A stretch of 58,590 nucleotides of DNA from Methanotrichaceae archaeon (lineage in GTDB: Archaea; Halobacteriota; Methanosarcinia; Methanotrichales; Methanotrichaceae): the NCBI GenBank assembly GCA_963813075.1, contig CAWEXU010000027.1, positions 1 through 58,590 of the forward strand, written 5' to 3'. Both the position numbers and the translations under genes were made by a program. Under the pieces are notes generated by a model. That model saw nothing but the letters and a program-made list of their open reading frames with translations. It was not told the origin of the DNA and did not search any database. Of this stretch, positions 53,541 through 58,590 are shown in pieces (positions within the stretch are counted from its first letter, which is position 1; each line of letters opens with the position of its first letter).

Positions 53541-54209
53541 CTATTCAGTTTCATTGACTACCTGCAATGCTATCTCATTTCTGCGGTAGAAGGGCGGCGT
53601 CCAGGGATCGTTATACTGCATCAATAAAGGCTCTCCTTTGGTCAGGATCCCCCTTTCCTCCAGGGTCTTATTCAATCGCTCCAGATTATCTCTATAACTG
53701 CCTTCATTCATGTAGCCAGAGAACCTGATGGTGGCAAGGGTTCGGGGCTCGATCAGCTGGATTTCAACATCGCTTGATGTGGGCCGGGGAATGGTCTGGA
53801 TATCGTAGCGCTCCGGCATGATAAAAGCCATGGACAGGCCTTTTTCGGTATCCGTTGTGACCACCGGTGCGGTCATCTCGATCTTCTCACCCTCACCCGG
53901 GGCGGATTCCGCATTTGCTGGGGGCGCAGGAGTCACCACCGGCGTGGTCATCTCGATCTTCTCTCCTTTCTCGTTCTCTCCGGAGATATATCTGAACAAT
54001 GGGCCAAAGGCACTATTCTCGTCCTTTGCAGCTGCTGTGGCCCAGATCTCCTCGGGATACTCCCTGATCTCCACACCATTATCCAGAGTCTCTTTGACAA
54101 GGTAGCTTGCCTGGGGTACGGACATAGTTACAAACACTCCATAAAGGGTCCAGATAACCAGCAGCAGGATGATGACCAGCCCTGCCTTAATCAGCCAGGA
54201 TGAATTCAT
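53541..54209 (-). CDS. SOUL heme-binding family protein
   Basis: AFGPLFRYISGEN, KIEMTTPV and KIEMTAPV duplicate, MAFIMP, YNDPWTPPFYRRNEI. Confidence 0.92.
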   Translation of the reverse strand: MNSSWLIKAGLVIILLLVIWTLYGVFVTMSVPQASYLVKETLDNGVEIREYPEEIWATAAAKDENSAFGPLFRYISGENEKGEKIEMTTPVVTPAPPANAESAPGEGEKIEMTAPVVTTDTEKGLSMAFIMPERYDIQTIPRPTSSDVEIQLIEPRTLATIRFSGYMNEGSYRDNLERLNKTLEERGILTKGEPLLMQYNDPWTPPFYRRNEIALQVVNETE

Positions 54210-54283
54210 GAAAATACCTCAAACTCGGATGATTATTATAGATCCATCCCTGGGATTTATAGCTTTTTCAACTTATTTTTTGA

Positions 54284-55762
54284 TCAGGATAGACCATGCA
54301 AAAACTCCTCCGCCACCGCCAGGTGATTGCGCAGCACACTATTATCCATGCGGTCAAGGTGGGAGATGGCCAGCCTCATGCGGGGATTTTTGGCCAGGAG
54401 ATCGCGATGCCGGGAAGAGGAACCTCCAGTACAGGCCATCCCAGATAGCGCACCAGGGACCCTTTTTGTAGTTGCTCATGCGCAGGATGTAGCTGGAGGA
54501 GCTGATGTAGGGCTTGGTGGTGATCCTGCCCCCATCGGCGTGCTGGCTCATGCCGTAGACATTGGGCACCATGACCCAATCATAGGAATCGATGAACATC
54601 TCCATGAACCAGCGGTAGATCTCATCAGGGTCAAATTCGCATAGCAGCATGAAGTTCCCCAGAATCATCAGCCTTTCTATATGGTTCAGGTAAGCAGTAT
54701 CCAAAAGCCGGCTTATTGACCGGTCAACGGGCTCAATGCCGGTTGACCCCCGGTAAAAGGATGCGGGCAAAGGTCGATGGTGACCCCAGAAGTTGCTTTT
54801 TCGCTCTCGCTCTCCTTCCAGGACATAGACCGCACGCATGAACTCTCTCCAGCCGATTATCTGTCGCAGAAATCCTTCCAGGGAGTTCAGCGGGATCTCG
54901 CGGTTGCGGGAGTGTCTCATGGTCTCGCTGACCACCTGCCTGGGGTCGAGCAGGCCTATATTGAGCAGGGGAGACAAGAGAGAATGGAAGAGAACGGAGT
55001 TATCCATGACGATCGCATCCTGGTAGCGGCCGAAGTTCGCCAGCCTGTGCTCCAGGAAGTGGTCGAGCCATGCGGCAGCCTGCGGGTGGGAGATGGGATA
55101 GAAGAAGTTTTCTGTGGATCCGGGATGATCTGGAAAGTTCTGCTCGACATATTCCCGGGATTGGGCGATATAGCGATTCATTTCGAATTCGAATCGAGGG
55201 AGATCGGGCAGCTGGATATCACCCGGCAGCCTCTTTCTATTCTGAGCGTCGAAGCTCCACTTTCCTCCATGTGGCCGGCCGTCATCGTCTATGAGGATAT
55301 TGAGCCTCTTTCTCATGGCGATATAAAAACGGGTCTGGGAGAGGCGAGCTGCCCCAGAGAAGAAATCCCTAATCCAGGGGATGGGAGCAAGAAAGCCTGG
55401 AGTCTCCAGGATCTTCAGCTCAGCCTGCAGCTCTTTGGCGGCGGCAGAGATCCGGCTGTGGAGCATTTGGTCTGAGGGATCGGCGACGTAGATTCTCGAT
55501 ATGCCTTTCTGCTCTAGTTCACCGAGAAAGTCCTGATGAAATTCCAGGTAGGATACATCGTAACCCTTTTTCCAGCAGACTGATCTCGATAGAGCTGCAT
55601 AGTGGCTCGATGGAACATGATCTTCAGCTTATGAAACCTCATCCCTCCACCCGGCCCCTGAAAGAATTGGGGGTCCTCGATAATGATGATCTCTCGGCCT
55701 CTTTGGAAGGCGGGATGATGCTCATAGAGCTGATGAGGAAATACCAATGCCACTTCGTCCAT
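54284..55762 (-). CDS. Cryptochrome/photolyase family protein, prokaryotic (6-4) photolyase (PhrB-like); several indels
   Basis: LVFPHQL, FHKLKIMFHRATM, GGKWSFDAQNR, FHSLLSPLLNIGLL, EGFLRQIIGWREF, HIERLM, FIDSYDWVMVPNVYGM, TKPYISSS. Confidence 0.92.
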
Positions 55763-56097
55763 CAGTTCATATTGTCCGGTTTAGTTATTTAAGAATCCGG
55801 GCGAAAGGCTCTGAAGGGATTATTGCAGCTGTCGCTCACATTCGAGGATGAATATGCATTCGGAAATGAGACCGGCTCGTGCCTCATCATCCCCAGTAAG
55901 TCAAGTTATCTTAATCTCAAGCGGAGAAAAAGACCTGAGCAGGAGACGATTGGCCGCGCAATGGAGAACGGACAAATGAGAATGGTCTCACCGCAATCAA
56001 CCAGGCATCTGGAAATCCCTCGAATCACAGACGATCTTGCTGGAGCCTTGCAGGCGATTATCGGTCTTCAGGGCCTCTACTCGGAGCGATTGCGCAG

Positions 56098-56280
56098 TTA
56101 TGATCGCCAGATAAATGTGCAGCCAAGGCCACAAGCGACATAGACCGTCTTTTCCAGGATGGGCATCCAAGCGAAGAGCACGTTCACCAGGATGTAGCCG
56201 CAAGCATATAAGCCCCAGTTCAGACCGCCGTCGACTACAAGGACTATGGCTAGTAGATCCGACAGAGCAAATGCAGCCAT
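56098..56280 (-). CDS. DUF378-like small membrane protein (possibly degenerate)
   Basis: GGAGGT RBS; LAIVLVVDGGLNWGL motif and a second hydrophobic helix. Confidence 0.65.
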   Translation of the reverse strand: MAAFALSDLLAIVLVVDGGLNWGLYACGYILVNVLFAWMPILEKTVYVACGLGCTFIWRS

Positions 56281-56398
56281 TCTTGAACCTCCATGCGATC
56301 AGGTCAACTTGCAGTCCCGATAAAAAACATAATCAACTTATCGGTCAAATCATTAAAACCTTCCGCTTGCTGCCGTTGTTGAACTGGGACTTTTCCTG

Positions 56399-56552
56399 CT
56401 AAATTGCAGTGCAGGCGGCCCGGGGCCCCGTCCGCAGGCGAGCATGCGCACAGGGGGCGAGCGTGCGGGAGGGGTGGGCGCGTGCCTGGAGGATGGCGGC
56501 ACTGTCTCGTGCATGAAGTAAATTGGGATTGGGAGGATAGCGGCGTGGTCGG
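56399..56552. repeat. GC-rich dispersed repeat, copy A
   Basis: Shares GCGTGCGGGAGGG..GGGCGCGTGCCTGGAGGATGGCG and GGGATTGG with 57257-57388, and TGCGCACA.GGGGGCGAGCGTGCGGGAGGG with 57874-57906. Confidence 0.8.
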
Positions 56553-56710
56553 GCCTGGCTAGAGGAGAAAATCGTCGTCGTTCAAGATGGTCAGAGGGCC
56601 TATCTGATCAGGGATGCCCTGCGCGGATAATGGGGGCAGGCGGCAATTGAGCACGCCGCCGGATCGTCTCTAGAAGAAGCTATTTAATCCCGACAAGCCT
56701 GTTATGTTCT

Positions 56711-56857
56711 ATGTCTGGGCAATCTGCTCCAAAGTCAAAGGGGATGCAAGATATATCTGAAAATAGACTCGAAGGTCTAACCCCTGGGGAGAGACAGCGC
56801 CTTGAAGAAAGCATGCATCGCAATAAGAGACTTATGAAGCGTCTGGCCGAAATGTGA
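56711..56857 (+). CDS. 48-aa peptide, candidate Doc antitoxin
   Basis: MSGQSAPKSKGMQDISENRLEGLTPGERQRLEESMHRNKRLMKRLAEM; the last helix resembles C-termini of Doc-associated antitoxins; convergent with doc. Confidence 0.45.
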   Translation: MSGQSAPKSKGMQDISENRLEGLTPGERQRLEESMHRNKRLMKRLAEM

Positions 56858-56861
56858 GCGC

Positions 56862-57221
56862 TTAGAGTTTGTCGGTGTTTTCGAGAAGCCAAATGTTGAT
56901 TTCATCAACCTTGCATTGGTAGCTGGCGATTCTCAGCAGCATTTGGATTATTCTCTCTTCGCTTGCCGTGATTGCGCGCCCTTCCCAGCCTAAAATCAAC
57001 TCGGCGATTTGAAAAGCAGATCTCTTGTTTCCATCAAGAAAGGGGTGGCAGTTGGCTACGATATGCAGAGCTAGAGCCGCTTTACGGAAGATATCGGGCT
57101 CTGCATTGATCTGATCTACAAGGTAATCGATCGTACCATGGCAAAGAACGCCATCTACTCCGCCGAAATTGCTGATTATCAGCCTATGGACCTCAATTAT
57201 CTTCTCGGAAGTGAGGATCAT
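56862..57221 (-). CDS. doc: Fic/Doc family toxin (death-on-curing type)
   Basis: HPFLDGNKRSA motif; IIEVHRLII..FGG; KAALAL. Confidence 0.9.
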   Translation of the reverse strand: MILTSEKIIEVHRLIISNFGGVDGVLCHGTIDYLVDQINAEPDIFRKAALALHIVANCHPFLDGNKRSAFQIAELILGWEGRAITASEERIIQMLLRIASYQCKVDEINIWLLENTDKL

Positions 57222-57256
57222 GATTGCCGCTGTTGTATGTGCTGAGACCATTACTA

Positions 57257-57388
57257 CTAACTTGCGGTGCCAGGCGGGGCCGCTCGCGGGAGCGCGCGGG
57301 TGCGCGTGCGGGAGGGCGGGCGCGTGCCTGGAGGATGGCGACAGTCATCGGCAGAAATAAGGGATTGGTGGAGAGAAGCGCGATCGGG
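57257..57388. repeat. GC-rich dispersed repeat, copy B
   Basis: See copy A; both begin CTAA.TTGC.GTGC..AGGCGG. Confidence 0.8.
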
Positions 57389-57522
57389 TATTGCTCGATG
57401 AAGCAATCGCTCTAAGTTCGAGACAGTCCGAAGACTGCGCTGCCTGTCTGATCTATCTTGGATCTCATATTGGGACTCTTTTTTAGAGGCAGGGACATGT
57501 TGTTAATGCTCTGGTGAGATAG

Positions 57523-57741
57523 ATGGAGGTTCTGGTTAAGAAAGGTGGGATAATTGAGCTTCCGAGTTCAATATTATCTGAAATTGACCTTTGTGAAGGC
57601 AAACGAGTAGCCTGGAGCGTGAAAGACGGAGAATTGATCGTCAAGCCGATCAAGAGTCTTACTGACAAACTTGTTGGCTGGATCAAATTAGATGACCAAA
57701 AACTTATAGAAGATATAATCGAATCCGAGGATTGGCTGTGA
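57523..57741 (+). CDS. AbrB/MazE/SpoVT-family antitoxin-like DNA-binding protein
   Basis: GGTGAG RBS; VKKGGIIELPSSILSEIDLCEGKRVAWSVKDGELIVKP fold pattern. Confidence 0.8.
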   Translation: MEVLVKKGGIIELPSSILSEIDLCEGKRVAWSVKDGELIVKPIKSLTDKLVGWIKLDDQKLIEDIIESEDWL

Positions 57742-57873
57742 TTATATAGATGATATCAATATCTATAGGCCATGAGAGAACGGAAGCAAAAACCTTTGAG
57801 ACTTGCTTGAGCATAACGTCGCTTGTAGCTCAAAATTTTGTCTCTCGATTAGGCTCTCGCCCACTCGATGGAG

Positions 57874-57906
57874 TGCGCACACGGGGGCGAGCGTGCGGGA
57901 GGGCGG
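57874..57906. repeat. GC-rich dispersed repeat, partial copy C
   Basis: TGCGCACACGGGGGCGAGCGTGCGGGAGGGCGG matches copies A and B. Confidence 0.75.
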
Positions 57907-58050
57907 ACAAGTGTCGGATTTATAGCGAGACGATATATCATCTGCAGAAATCGAATATGCGTGGTTCACGCAATGAAGCGATTCAATCTTCTGCTTGATC
58001 CGAATAATCTAAATACTGTTGATTGATACAACTAAACTCGGAGCCACTTA

Positions 58051-58590
58051 ATGAAGCCAAGAGTTTTTCTTTCTCATTCGAAAAAGGATCGCGAATATAT
58101 CGAAGAATTAGCAACGGATCTGCGTTCAGCTCGAATAGATGTTTGGTACGATGATTGGGAAATCCCACCTGGAACCTCTCTTCGGGCCAAAATATTTGAA
58201 GAAGGTATCACGGAATGCGATCTCTTTTTTATATATTTGACCAAAAATTCAAGAGACTCTTCCTGGGTTTGACGGGAGCTGGATGCTGCATTCGTTCTTG
58301 AACTTGAAAAGATTGGTGGATTCATAGCGATATTTGTTGATTCCGATGATACTAGGCAGTCATTATCGCCGGATCTTCGATCACTCCGCATTCCGACGAT
58401 TAATTCTGAAAACTATTCCAGATGCCTACTTGAATTAACCGCGAAATCTTGGGAGGCGCTTTTGAGAAAGAGAATTGTGAAAGCAAACGAAACCAATAAT
58501 ATTAATATTATAAGATTGGAGAAGAAAATTGTGGAACTGGATCTCGAATTGACTAAGTTAAAACTTTTGGGAGCCATTGATCGAGATAAG
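58051..58590 (+). pseudogene. TIR-domain protein with in-frame TGA at 58270-58272; runs off the window end
   Basis: KPRVFLSHSKKDRE, IDVWYDDWEIPPG, CDLFFIYLTKNSRDSSWV*RELDAA; the frame stays open to 58590 with a coiled-coil-like segment. Confidence 0.85.

Noticed and set aside
57738..57800. Possible VapC/PIN remnant after the abrB-like gene
   Set aside because: Only a few codons loosely resemble a PIN start; no open frame follows.

Overview
Archaeal chromosomal window, most consistent with an acetoclastic methanogen of the Methanothrix type (methanogenesis markers 2 and 4, PolD large subunit, SatP/Ady2 acetate transporter; taxon is inference). Many genes, including essential polC, are broken by 1-bp indels, so the sequence looks like an imperfectly polished long-read assembly. 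Besides housekeeping genes it holds a type IIG restriction-modification gene, an internally deleted IS605-family tnpB element with base-exact ends, an array-less type III-B (Cmr) CRISPR-Cas locus with a Card1/Can2-like effector and Csx3, an ATP-grasp/GCS2 cluster, and a repeat-punctuated Doc/AbrB/TIR region. The best candidate for a new system lies in front of cmr1. A stand-alone Cas6-like half of type I-G Csb2 is followed by one CRISPR repeat (30400-30438), a spacer-like guide and a T-tract. The guide is complementary (22/25 nt) to a small transcription unit about 210 bp downstream that encodes a 55-aa hydrophobic peptide. The internal mismatches fall at guide positions 12, 18 and 24, and positions 1-5 and 7 are unpaired. 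This pattern fits Cmr-mediated RNA silencing without Cas10 activation, i.e. a putative type III CRISPR-regulated toxin-antitoxin or autoregulatory module.
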